Shown here: positions 50,301 through 62,747 of the stretch, in pieces
Position numbering within the stretch: position 1 is the stretch's first letter
Layout of the letters: each line of letters opens with the position of its first letter
Source: Phyllobates terribilis
Lineage: Eukaryota
Length of the DNA stretch: 64,000 nucleotides
Reading direction: 5' to 3'
NCBI RefSeq assembly: GCF_046119375.1
Contig: NW_027362762.1
Coordinates: 58,280,001 to 58,344,000 of the forward strand
Position numbers and translations under genes: made by a program
Notes under the pieces: model-generated
What the model was told of the DNA's origin: nothing
Seen by the model: the letters and a program-made list of their open reading frames with translations, nothing else
Databases searched by the model: none

Positions 50301-53300
50301 TTTTTTTTAGATCTGGGCTCCCATCTTTTCCTTTCTCCCAGAGGGCGACCCCAGTTAAATCTTTTCCTCCGAAAGTAGGACCTTTTTGTGTCCCCCGTGA
50401 ACCCTGGGAAACCTCTCTTCCTGTCGCCAGCCTTCTCCAAAAGCTCATCCAATTTTTGGCCAAACAAGGGTTTACCATCACAAGGAAGGGAACAAAGTTG
50501 ATGTTTAGACTGCAGGTCTCCTGGGCAACCCTTGAGCCACAGGGCTCGTCTGGCAGCGTTAGAGAAGTTAGCAGACCTGGCCGCGAGTTTAACCAAATCC
50601 GCTGAGGAGCCAGCAAGGAAAGCGGACACTGCCTGTAGTAAAGGTAGATTGGAGAGGATTTTATATCTCTGGATATCTTTTTATCCTTGAGCTGGTCTTC
50701 TAATTGTTGAAGCCACACCATGAGTGACCTAGCGACACAAGTGCCTGCTGCCGCTGGTTTCAGGCCCCCTACCGCCGCTTCCCAGGTGTGACACAGGAAG
50801 GAATCTGCCTTCTTATCTAGAGCATCCTTTAGACTGCCCAAGTCTTCCAGGGGTAGGGACGATTTTTTGAATGATCGGGCGACAGACCCGTCAACTTTAC
50901 GAATTTTATCCCAGGACCCAGAGACACTATCCTCGAAGGGGTACCTTCTTTTAGAGGATGAGGGCGACACTCCCGATTTCTCAGGCTTCCTCCATTCCCA
51001 GTCTATAAGGGTCTGAATTTTAGGATTCACTGGAAAGGAGAGTCTTTTTTCCTCCAGGCCTGCGAACATAATGTCTTCCAGGGACCTGGCTGCCTTCTCC
51101 TCCCTCAACCCCATGGTAGATCTGACCTCTCTGACCAACTTGTCCGTATCCTCAATAGGAAAACAGGGCCTACCACTGTCTGATGAAGAGGAGGATGATG
51201 AATCCCTGAGGCATGGATCCTCTGACTGGGAGGATGAATCATAGTCGGAGGAGATATCCTTATGGGATCTCTTTTTCCCCTTAAGTAAGCCTTTTAGGGA
51301 ATTTTGAACCTCTGTACGGATTATGGACCTCAAATTAGAAGCAAAATCCAGGGTGCTCTCCGCTATGGTTTGGTTAATACAGCTAGCACAAAGCTGTTTC
51401 TGCCAATCTATGGAAAGGGGGACTTGACATAAGGCGCAAACCCTGTGCTTCTGTTTGGCGCTACTCTTCTTAGGTTCCTAAGGAATGAAGCACATAACTT
51501 TCCATTACTATTAAGTGACATTCACGAAGATCACTCGCCCCTGAAGTCACAAAAGGGTACCGGATTTGGAGGCTGTGGCGGGACATAAGATGAATCTCTT
51601 CTGGATGGCCCTGAAGCGTCCGACACCTTACTACTTCTGCTGCCGCTACGGTTGCTGGAGCGGCTGTCCGTGTGAGAGGCATCTGACTGCCTCTTCCGCT
51701 GGCGTTGAGATGGAGGGGTCAGCTGCTGCTGCTTCTGGCTGTCCTGGTCTGCCATAGCTGCTATACCACAAGCATGAGTATAGGCAGCGTTTGACCAGGG
51801 CAACCCCCCCCACCTTAAATAGGACACATCCGGAACCTCCTCCGGATCAGGTGTCCTCCACCCTCCTGACGCCCGCCAGCCAGCGCTTACAGGGCGCCGA
51901 CATAATAGATCCGGGTGCCGCCCCCTGACGTCATCGGGCACGCCTCTCCCAGCGTGCACCGCGCCATGACGTACGGCGCGTCACACCCGGAAGATGCCGC
52001 TCCCGGCGTGCGGCCAGCCAGGAGCCTGTGGCAGGGAGAGGACAGCGCAGCAGTCTGCGGGGAGCCGGAGCCCTCCTCACCGCCTGCGCACGCTCGGACA
52101 CGGCTCCAGGGAACCGCGGACGGCGCTTCTGGAACCTGGTGCACAGGCTGGTGCCCGCTCTTCCACACCGGAACAGGCCCAGGTAAGCAAGGACATCTTC
52201 TTTTCAGACAGGTTCCCATCAAGGACAGGAAACCAACTGAAGCGAGGGAGAGGTACCGCCCTTTTATTTCAGACGGTTTCCTGTCCTTGGTGGGGCGGAT
52301 CCCTCTCTCAAGGTGTGCCGTCATGGGTGAGGGGAAAAATGACATTGCGGTTTTAGGGCCTAGACACTGCCACTGTATGGGAACTTTTACAAGTGTACGG
52401 TGGCCATAAAGGAAGACATTTATTAGTACTGTATAAGGCCACAGAGGAGACATTTCTATTTTGAGGGTTTAAAATGTAATATATATTTTAAGTTTAGGGA
52501 TACTGTTAATGAGGGGTGAACAAAAAACAGTTACTGTTACTGTGCAGGGTACAAATATGGTACTTTTCTTTATCCAGGACATGAATTTTATTTTTTCACA
52601 TAATTTGTTACCATATTTTTTCCCAATGTAACTGGGACATCCATGGGAGCCGCAGTGAGGGTAATTCCCCATGACGTCTTTTTCAGGTATATTCCGCCTG
52701 GAACAGGTCTGAAAAAGTGCTGAAAGGCATGCAAAAAAAGGAATGAACAAATGCACTGCAATGTATAAATGACTTGCTGTGCAAACGGTCAGTGATTTTA
52801 GGCTTGTTTTAACCTCTTCTTTTTTTTATTTTTCAAGTCTTTGAAAACCCAGAAGTCAGCGGTCCATTCTTGTGGAGTCTTCCACATGACCCCACAAAAA
52901 ATGACTAAAAAGACTTCAGAAAATAAAAAAAAAGTCTAAAAAAATGTCGTGCGCTCATACCCTTACAGGGAAAACAACCCACTACAGTACCACAAGTCAC
53001 TGGTAGAGCTGAACTGGGTGTCTGCTAGAGCTCAGCTACTCCTGCATACACCTGGCAATCAAGTGATCGCCAGTGCCAATGCTTCTGTACTATACTTGGC
53101 ACTCATTGAGCACTATATAGCTGGCAAAATAGAAAACAAACTGTAATAAACCACTTCTGTCTTCTCCCCAGAGTCCTCGACTGTGTCTGATAGCTGGGCA
53201 CTCAACCTGCTCCTGCTAAATTGCAGGAACCTTAACCTGGTGTGGTAAATTTAAAGAATCTCGCAAAGTGAAATCTTGGTAATTTACAGAACTTGGACCT

Positions 53301-53708
53301 TAAAAGTAAATTTTATGAGTTTCATAATGCACATCTTGCCCATTTGAAAACACAAATAAGTGATAATATACCTGCCGCAAAAGTGATAACATGGCCCTCG
53401 ATAGGCTCTCGACTGCTAGGACCCTTACTAATTCACAGAGCAGGACTCTAAAAAAAAAAACATATAATGAAGTGGTGGTCACACATGCACGCCATGGCTT
53501 CATTCATTGTCTGTGGGACTGGAGAGATAGCAGATATCTTGCGCTCTTGAGAATCTCTCTTTAGTGGCATCTATAAATTTTTCCACAACAACAAAAATAA
53601 AGAAATATTTTGATGTGGAATTCAATCATTTTATTGAGATAATTACATATATACACTTACATTCTACATTATTTTTTTTTTTTATTTATTTATTTTTTTT
53701 TTTTACAC

Positions 53709-53714
53709 TTTATT
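53709..53714 (-). terminator. Candidate SYTL2 polyadenylation signal (AATAAA)
   Basis: About 950 nt downstream of the SYTL2 stop codon. A genomic A-rich tract follows, so cDNA support could be confounded by internal priming. Confidence 0.45.
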
Positions 53715-54661
53715 TTGTACAAAACCGACAAGCACACGTACATACGTTGAGGTTTAGGTTTTACATTTAAAAAAGGTACAGACAAACAAAATCTTATACC
53801 ATGGTAAAAGTTGGAATAGTTCAACTGTTCCTACCCGGTTACACCAACTTACCCACAAGACAGTAAGACTTAAATATATTTATAGAGATCCATATATTAC
53901 ACAGTTTGCCCACATTGTTCTTTATAAAACGCTCCCAAACAAAACCGTAGAAGAAACTTACAGAACCATATCATAAAAAAAAAAAAAAGCTTTGGTTTCA
54001 CGTCAAGACCCGTTTACGACAGAAATTAAGTCTGCGCCATTTTATGATAGCAGTATAAATGTAGGGAGATACAAAAACAAAATATTGACCAAGGACTTGA
54101 CAGAAGGCAACATTTAGTGGAGATCCTTCATCTCGAATTCTAGATACTTCCAAGTCGTCAGATATGGTTCTGAATCATGGACTTGGATATCTAATACAGG
54201 TTCTGAAGAAAAAAAAAGAAAAAATCTATGGAGCTGCACTATCTTTGAGATTTCAACAACCCCAAATAATTTTCAGAGCGTTTTTTTTTTTTTTTGCGTG
54301 GATCCAACCTCAAAATTTGCATCAGAAGACGACTTGAAGTGGAATATCACTTATAGTTGACTATTCTCTAAAGTCAGGTTCCCGTAGATCTGTACCATAG
54401 TTTGTTAATAATGGTGTAAGTTGTCAATGCATTGCTGTACAGTAAGCTATGGACGGGCACTACTACACAGGACACTGTACAATTGTCTTAGTATAGTCTG
54501 CGCTTCTAAGATCACGACGTTAAAAACATGGACAATTTGGGACAGGACGTCATTTTTGGCTTCTAAAACCATCCGAGAAGGTAAATGAGGATTAACATTA
54601 TGGAAAGCGATTGCAGTGCCCTGATGGCACAAGAGGTTTATACATTTTATTTTTTTTTCGT

Positions 54662-54807
54662 TTATTTAGCCAGCTTGGCCATCTTGAACATGCGCAGTGG
54701 AAGCATCCCATCAATCCAGGTGTTGGGTGAGGCGATCATTTTTTGCCAAACGGTTGATTCTTCAGGACTTGAATCCATCCAGTCTACTGGTGTCCCATAG
54801 CTCTTTC
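54662..54807 (-). CDS. SYTL2: Synaptotagmin-like protein 2, last coding exon
   Basis: CAG acceptor. (G)[47 protein letters not shown], the end of C2B. Confidence 0.93.
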
Positions 54808-56820
54808 CTGTCGGATGGAAGTAAAACAGTCAGTTTCAAGTGTTAAACCTATTATTTGGGTTTATCACCAGGAGTGGGGTCAGATGTCTTAAAGACAGAC
54901 CACATTTCTCCACTAATGTAAATGTTTAGGGCAGAATCATAGGATAGGCAAAGGAAGGAACCAACTACAAGTCTCTGACGTCTGGTTTAAAGATGTTGCC
55001 CCATGAAATGTTGCCATATTGGGGAATATAGGAGTCAAACCAGGAGATCCTAATGGATCACTGTGCGACAAACTGCAGCTTCTCCTGGCGATTCCCAGCC
55101 AGATTCAGTTTATAAAGGCATTGCCTGTCTGGAAATGTCCCTTTAGAAGAACAATGTGTAGAACAAAGGTTTTTATTTATTGTATAGTGATGTTATGTAG
55201 TGAATTGCAATATTTATTAGGGCACTAAAAACACAATATTTAGGCATTTTATAACTTTCTTGGGTAGGGGCAATATTCTGCTCCCAGAATGGTGGTATTA
55301 TTTATACACTATATAATACTGTTATTTGTGCTGTTTTAGTAGTGCTCCTAATCTTAAAGGGAAGCCATCACAATAACCTATTGTTTAATTAAGGTTTTTG
55401 TGCTACATGTTTTTTTTCTGTAAGAATTGCTTGCAATTTTTTTATTTTTTTTTTTAGATCAATTTTTTCTTCACACTGGGGCTTTTTAAAAAAAAACCTT
55501 AATATTTCCGGTCCATTTAGAAGGGTTTTCAGCAGGCTCATCACAGGCAGGATTACAATGACTGATAAATCCTCTATATACAGTAGATAACACAGGATCC
55601 ACCATTCACAATAGGTGATGTCACAGCTCACCTGCTCCCAATCCCTTTACAATGACCTTTGCACACGCTCATTAGATGCTTCAATACAGAAGATGGGGTC
55701 AAAGTCTTTTCATTGCTACTAATGTACATGTCAATTTCCTGTTAACAGGAAGTTAGAGTCTAAAAAAGCCCTAGAGGCCAATGTGCATATTGCAAGATTA
55801 AAAAAAAAACAAACAAAAACATACAGGTAACAAAAACCTTATTTAAAACAATGGGTTATTTTCAGATGGCTTCCTTTTATGGGGGTGTCTTGCCTTCTAG
55901 ATTTTTGGAGGTATTAAAAACACAGGAGTGCTGGACAAATCATTGTAGAGCTCTGCACATGCACGAACACCTCTGCATTTCACTATGGGGCATTTCTCTC
56001 AAGATCATCCCACATTTATCAGACATTCATGACAGTCTGTAGGAGTATTTCTTAATATTTGCACCGGGATCCATGGTTCAATGTGAATGTGATTAGTAAG
56101 CAGTTGCTGGCTGTAAACACCTACATCCCATTAATTGTTGTACAAGTGTACCATCTCGGGTAGAAAACGGTGCCTGGGCTTCATAGGAGATCGTTACTTC
56201 TACTAAACACTGCAATACTGGAATATTGGTGTATGTAGTATAAGTGATCAAATCATTACATATTTAAGTCCCCTAGAAGACTTTAAAAAAGTAAAAATAC
56301 TATTAGTTAAAAAAAAAAAAAAAAAAGTAAAAAATTAGATTCATCTTATTTTTCCAATACAAAGATAAAACATTTGTTATGGACAGGTTCTCAAAAAATA
56401 ATCCAATATAGATTTTTTTTTTTTTCTTTTAAACCCTTACAGTAAATATCATACATTAAAGAATTGACGTGCCAGAATTGCATTTCTTCGTTCCGTGCAC
56501 CTCCGCAAGAGAAGACAATAAGAGATTATAAAAACATCTTATGTATCCCAAAATTATACCATTAAATACGAAAACTCACCACGAGAAGAAAAAACAAAAA
56601 CCACAAGCCCTCACGCAGCTCAGTCAACGAAAAAATATAAAAAAAAAGTGACAGGTCTCAGAAAATGGTGAAACAAAGTTAGGTATTTCTGTGAATCGTA
56701 CTGACCTGGAGAATCATGTTGCCAAGTCATTTTTACCAAAGAATGAAGGCCATAAACAAAAAAATAGCAGAATTTCTAAGACTTATGGCATCAATGTTTA
56801 ACTGGTGCTCCTGATCTTAC

Positions 56821-57026
56821 CTGTTCCCTGTCCTATTCTTATACCTCCCAAGAAGTGATTAGTCAGTTTATTGTGGTCCCACACTGTCAGCTCCACGCAG
56901 GCTTCTCTCAAATCGTCTTCCTTGAACCCATCATAAACCATCGTGTGGTTAAAAATGGGATTTGGCGTCTTGTCCACTGTTCGCGTTTTCTGACGACTCT
57001 TCCTACTTGTATCTGGCAGGATCGTG
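56821..57026 (-). CDS. SYTL2: SYTL2 exon (C2B)
   Basis: AG/GT bounded, 206 nt. [34 protein letters not shown]...[17 protein letters not shown]. Confidence 0.95.
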
Positions 57027-57167
57027 CTGTATACACAAGGTAAAGGAAATAGGTCAGTGATCAAACTGACATTGCACCAAGTAGGACTGTACTATACTAT
57101 GGAAATAGCATCAGGCAACAAAAGCCATAAAACTAATTAATTAAGCCTTAAAAAAGCATTCCTGTAA

Positions 57168-57311
57168 GGGTGCATTCAGATGTCGCCGTCCAAAATCAGA
57201 CCGCAATGCACAGACTGTCCGTGGATTTCCTAACCCGAGCGTGACTGTCACTCCCAGGTCAGGCTGCCAGTCTGTGCACTGAGGTCCGATCTCAGACGTC
57301 TGAATGTGCCC
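57168..57311. mobile_element. Short Harbinger-type MITE (144 bp)
   Basis: TAA TSD on both sides. TIR GGG[T/C][G/A]CATTCAGA[T/C]GTC. Confidence 0.75.
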
Positions 57312-58061
57312 TAATAGTTAAGGGAAATTGTATGGTGATGCTGAGAGTTGTAGTTTTTCATTAGTTTGAGACCACTATCATAGCACCGCTATTGGCAGAA
57401 GAGAAATGGTTAAAAGGATAAAAGACAAAAAAAAAAGTGATAAAAATGTTTGCAATAGGGAATTTTCCATCGTTTTTACAGATCTTGTTCCTTTGCACAT
57501 TGCTTGCTGCAGAATTAACCAACCAATAATCCAGTGAACTTGTTCTGACGGGGAGTTGGTTACCGTTTGCATCTGATTTTTTTTTCTCATCTCCTCGGTG
57601 CCGATTTATTACTTCAGACCACATCAAAGTTGAGCTGAACTTTGATGTGTTCATAAATCTGCTGAAAGAAGCTCACAAGAGGACCCATAAGCATCAGATA
57701 ATGTAACTTTTCTCAGTTAATCCATTCTGCAGCCAACGATACGCAGGGAAGCAAAGTGCCTGTAAAAGCCAAATGGTGTTAAAATGTTAATAAAAAAACA
57801 AATTGCAAAAAAAATATTTAAATTAAAAAAAAAAAAAATTCCCCCAACATTGTCTTTATATTTTAAGTACATTGCTACATTTTGGAAAAGGAGAGCCAAA
57901 TAATTAAATTAGAAATTAATGCATCAGATATCGTGATAGTCCTGGCAATTATGCACTGTTCTAGGGAATTAACATATTTTGGGCTTATTTCATTTTCAGG
58001 TCAAGTCCAAAATACTATTTGAGCAGACATCAAACATGGAATAGAGGCGTCAGGTAGTTAC

Positions 58062-58167
58062 CATTTTACAAAGGAGTTGATCTTGTTTTCGCGAAGCATC
58101 GGCAGCTGGATACACTCCCGGATCCAGATGTGCACCTCTCCAGTTGTATTCGGCTTTTTACCAACCT
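58062..58167 (-). CDS. SYTL2: SYTL2 exon (C2B start)
   Basis: AG/GT bounded, 106 nt. VGKKPNTTGEVHIWIRECIQLPMLRENKINSFVK(C). Confidence 0.93.
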
Positions 58168-58260
58168 CTGGAATTGGGGACAACATGATTATTATTTTGA
58201 TTAGTATTATCTTTGAAGCGCGAGTAGATGGGAAATGGTATTAGCAGTAACAGCACCTAC

Positions 58261-58339
58261 CAGACGGAGACACAGGAACGTACTGAAGAGACAGCTTCAT
58301 CTCGCCTCTGTTCACCAATCCAATACTGGATGCCGGGGT
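58261..58339 (-). CDS. SYTL2: SYTL2 exon (C2A-C2B linker)
   Basis: AG/GT bounded, 79 nt. TPASSIGLVNRGEMKLSLQYVPVSPS. Phases join both neighbours. Confidence 0.9.
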
Positions 58340-58503
58340 CTAGAAAAGATAAGATACCACAGTAATGCACAGAAAAGCAGCGATATACATCACTATTAAA
58401 AGAAGGCTAGAGCAGATATATTTTTTCTGAATTCTTATGCAGACTTGCATGGTTCTGTCTGTAGATTGTGTAGCCTTTCCCATCACTTGGGCACCTACAT
58501 GTA

Positions 58504-59672
58504 CACTGCTCAAAAAAATAAAAGGGAACACTCAAATAACACATCCTAGACCTGAATGAATGAAATATTCTCATTGAATACTTTGTTCTGTACAAAGTTG
58601 AATGTGCTGACAACAAAATCACACAAAAATCATCAATGGAAATCAAATTTATTAACCAATGGAGGCCTGGATTTGGAGTCACCCCCAAAATTAAAGTGGA
58701 AAAACACACTACAGGCTGATCCAGACCTGGACTAAAGCATCCGCCAACTCCTGGACAGTCTGTGGTACAACGTGACCCCAAACCTTCTTGCCACAGCTCG
58801 CATTGATGTGCCATCCTGGAGGAGATCCCACAGGAGACCATCCGCAACCTCATCAGGAGCATGCCCAGGCGTTGTAGGGAGGTCATACAGGCACGTGGAG
58901 GCCACACACAATACTCAGCCTCATCAGGAGCATGCCCAGGCGTTGTAGGGAGGTCATACAGGCACGAGGAGGCCACACACAATACTCAGCCTCATCAGGA
59001 GCATGCCCAGGCATTGTAGGGAGGTCATACAGGCACGTGGAGGCCACACACAATACTGAGCCTCATCAGGAGCATGCCCAGGCGTTGTAGGGAGGTCATA
59101 CAGGCACGTGGAGGCCACACACAATAGTCAGCCTCATCAGGAGCATGCCCAGGCGTTGTAGGGAGGTCATACAGGCACGTGGAGGCCACACACAATACTG
59201 AGCCTCATCAGGAGCATGCCCAGGCGTTGTAGGGAGGTCATACAGGCACGTGGAGGCCACACACAATACTCAGCCTCATCAGGAGCATGCCCAGGCGTTG
59301 TAGGGAGGTCATACAGGCACGTGGAGGCCACACACAATACTCAGCCTCATCAGGAGCATGCCCAGGCGTTGTAGGGAGGTCATACAGGCACGTGGAGGCC
59401 ACACACAATACTGAGCCTCATTTTGACTTGTTTTAAGGACATTACATCAAAGTTGGATCAGCCTGTAGTGTGTTTTTCCACTTTAATTTTGGGGGTGACT
59501 CCAAATCCAGGCCTCCATTTGTTAATAAATTGGATTTCCATTGATTATATTTGTGTGATTTTGTTGTCAGCACATTCAACTTTGTACAGAACAAAGTATT
59601 CAATGAGAATATTTCATTCATTCAGATCTAGGATGTGTTATTTCAGGGTTCCCTTTATTTTTTTGAGCAGTG
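58504..59672 (+). mobile_element. Internally deleted and rearranged Tc1 derivative with 8 tandem 71-bp copies of the transposase 3' end
   Basis: TA flanks. Long TIRs starting CACTGCTCAAAAAAATAAAGGGAAC. Repeat units start at 58848 + n x 71 up to 59416. Confidence 0.93.
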
Positions 59673-60000
59673 TAGTTACTGGATGTGTACCTTTCTCGGG
59701 GCCCATGCACAACCTTTGAGCCCTTTCAACTCCTTATCTCAGTCTTGTGGTCAAGAGAGAGTACAGAGAACACAAGTCTCCCATTTTAGCATATGATACA
59801 AATCGATCCACGTTAATTTAGTACTTTCCACCCAGTGGAAAACCTGTTGGATTGCATTCTGCGCCTTGGACAATCTTTTGTTAGAAGAGGAGCTAAGTAG
59901 TAGGCTGATCACAGGGTGCTCCGCTGCTCGAATCGTCATTGATCAGCTGTAATCTTTGAGCGATTCTCTACAGTGCCCCAATAGGTGAAAAGGAGTATTA

Positions 60001-60314
60001 GGGCTTGTTCACCTGATGCGTTTTTGCCACAGAAGGAGAAAAAAAAAAACAGTACCAGCCAAGCGAGTGAGATTTATGAAATCTCATGCATAAGCTGCTT
60101 ATTTTTTTCTTTGTGGATTTGAACCAAATAGTTTTTTTCTTCAAATCTTCAGCGCGTCATTTCTTTCAGCTTATTAGCAGCATTCGTCACCCATTCAACT
60201 GAATGGGAAAAAAATGCTCCAAAATGAAAAAACAACTCAGACCTTTTCCTGCTAATACTCTGTTTTTTTCTGCAGAAAAAATCTATTGTAAATACTCAAC
60301 ATGTGCACATACCT
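60001..60314. mobile_element. Harbinger-type MITE (diverged TIRs)
   Basis: TTA flanks. Ends GGGCTTGTTCAC and GTGCACATACCT. Confidence 0.5.
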
Positions 60315-60836
60315 TTATGCGGTAATCACACAAGTCAACGTGCCGTCTGCATATTGCATCGGCAGGCAACATCCTTCTAAGGGTTTTGTCCCATGACCAT
60401 CTGAGAAAAACCTTGGACCAGATCTGCATTTTCTTTTCTCCACCTTCTCCATTCTGTAAGTCTGTTCAAAATTGGATCACACTCCGAGCTGTCTGATTTT
60501 TTTTTTTCACGGACCCATAGACTTCCATTGCCTATTTTGATCCAACACTAGGATCAGAAACAGACATATCTCAGATTTCTTTCCAGTTGTGCAATCGGTC
60601 CGATGGTGACCAGAAGTGAATCGGACATGTGTGGAGCCCCAAAGAATATCATAGGTACAAGTGCCATGTGTAAAACCCACGGATAGCAATCGTACGGGAA
60701 AATCTGTGTGCACGGGCCCCAAGTAAGGTCCTCTTTGCAGTCAACTCTTTATTCCTACAGTTTTGCATCAGCTTACACAGGAAACATGGTTATATATAAA
60801 CTATTCTGCATGAGATGAGTAGAGTCTGTGACTTAC

Positions 60837-60998
60837 CCGTGGTTCAAGTGGGTACCAATTCTTCTGTTTATTTTCCCATTCCCAATTTGCCAAATTCTGG
60901 TTGACTTCACCCAGGAAACTGTTTCGGCCAAGAACATCACGGTGCCACACAGATAAGTTCAACGTTTGAGCTTGAAGGGATTGTTTCGGGATCTTATA
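60837..60998 (-). CDS. SYTL2: SYTL2 exon (C2A)
   Basis: AG/GT bounded, 162 nt. YKIPKQSLQAQTLNLSVWHRDVLGRNSFLGEV...WYPLEPR. Confidence 0.95.
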
Positions 60999-61325
60999 CT
61001 GAACCAAAGAGAGAAGAGATCTCAAGACACAGCACTACAGCGTCATCACTTTTTATGCGTCTTGTAGATCCAAATTCATGGCTTTCTGGGACTGGTGGGC
61101 ACCAAGTGGAGGCCAACAAACTACTCTGCATTGGCTGGAGTATCATCTGGATTGAGAGTAAATGCCACAGAATTTAATCTTTACCTCTGGTGAAGGAAAG
61201 CCTGGCTACAAATGTCAGTAAACCAGCGATAATAGAGATTAATGAAACCAAATCAATATGGATATCCACCAGTGTGTGGAAAAAAAAGTTTTAACAAAAG
61301 ACCCGCCATCATAATGGTGTCTTAC

Positions 61326-61428
61326 CCTCAGTATTTCATTATACACAGGATTTAAGGTCTTTTTCTTCACGGCAGTTTTCCTTTTTCCCATCTTTGCCTT
61401 CTCTGGAAGCAAATAAGCCTTCACATAC
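61326..61428 (-). CDS. SYTL2: SYTL2 exon (C2A)
   Basis: AG/GT bounded, 103 nt. [34 protein letters not shown]. Confidence 0.95.
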
Positions 61429-62166
61429 CTGCAACAGACCGCAAGCACTATATATTTTTCTATATTACGCCATATACCAAGAGAAGGGATGAGGCCTTAT
61501 AGCAGTTTTTGGCCGACTATTGAAATTGATGGAGATTTTTCAATTAGAAAAATAGCTCTTCTCAATGACTAAAGATTAAGAAAATATTTTTTTTCTCCCA
61601 TTAACTGATCCACAGCCTAATTCTCAATTCACACAAACCTGTCAGTCAATTCTCAGGTAGGAGACTCCCACAAATTGCAGATGTCACTGTGTCCAGAGGA
61701 TAGGTGATAACTTATCAGTGGGGATCCGACGGCTGGGTCCCCCTCCGATTGGCAGAGCGGGGCACTTCTATCCCTGCAATAGCAGCGTGCATACTCCACT
61801 CCATGCCTTCCCTATAGGGCTGTCAAATGTCAGCAGGCCATAGAGAATTACTGGAGCGGCGGTCAAGCATGCGCACTGATGCTCCACTAACTAGGAGTAA
61901 AAGTTCCCTATTCTGATGGGTGCAGGTCCCAGCCGTAGGATCCCCACAGATCAATAAGTTATCCACTATTCAGAGGATTGGTAATAACTTATACTCCCCT
62001 GAGAACCTCTTTAAGGCTCCGTGTGTGGTCTGCTCCCTTTAAGTGTCAATTGAATATAAAATAATTCCAAAACATCTTTTCTTTGAACCCTTGGTTGTCC
62101 CGTTCTATTCTTTGGCAAATTATATTGTGAGAATATAGGCATATACCATTCTTCCTTACAGACTAA

Positions 62167-62405
62167 GGGCATGTGCACGCGACGTCTTTTTCATGGTGGT
62201 ATGCCCCATAACCCACCTGAAAAAAGCGCTAAAGCAAGTCTCAAAAGGAGGGACATATGCATTGCAGTGTAGAAATGTCTTAAAAGATGCAAAAAAAAAC
62301 AAAAGTGATGCTTCAGGAAAAATAAAGTCAACATATTCCTGAAGAGTCGTCTTCTTGAAAAACTCTGGTTCACCTGAGCGTAAATGACGTTGTGTGCACA
62401 TGCCC
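62167..62405. mobile_element. Harbinger-type MITE (239 bp)
   Basis: TAA TSD on both sides. TIR GGGCATGTGCAC. Confidence 0.8.
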
Positions 62406-62577
62406 TAACCTTTAGGGATATATTGCCCTTCTACCAGGGTGTTTTCAGCGCTTCCATAGCAGCCAGCTTGTCTCATGTCTTCAGATAGAGTTTAGTGGGC
62501 AACGGAGGGACAATTGCAGAAATATCTTGTTAGTCGGAGATATCCCCCCGTCAGTAAGTCCCATTAGTCACACTCAC

Positions 62578-62747
62578 GGGTCAGAACGCTGCTTCTTAAC
62601 ATCTGCTGCTGCCAGGTCTTTGCATTGGTAGATATAGATGAGGAACTCCTTCAACTGCTCCACATATTCAATGGAATATTCAATGTTGCCTTTAATGTCC
62701 ACATTGCCAAAATCACCACTGTAGACACTCATGACACTTCCACTAAC
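62578..62747 (-). CDS. SYTL2: SYTL2 exon (C2A start)
   Basis: AG/GT bounded, 170 nt. [35 protein letters not shown]...[15 protein letters not shown](P). Upstream exons are not recognised in this window. Confidence 0.95.

Larger units (their letters stand above)
46541..52339 (-). mobile_element. DIRS1-type tyrosine-recombinase retrotransposon, decayed
   Basis: Inverted termini at 46541-46653 and about 52225-52339. Internal copy of the terminal sequence at 47337-47371. Gag-like ORF (49999-51333), RT (FQFTALSIAPRVFTK, YLDDFLV), RNase H (TTDASG), MT-like DLFA...YAFPP, and YR (HPTR...KAATWS..STFYKHYRLD). Confidence 0.9.
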
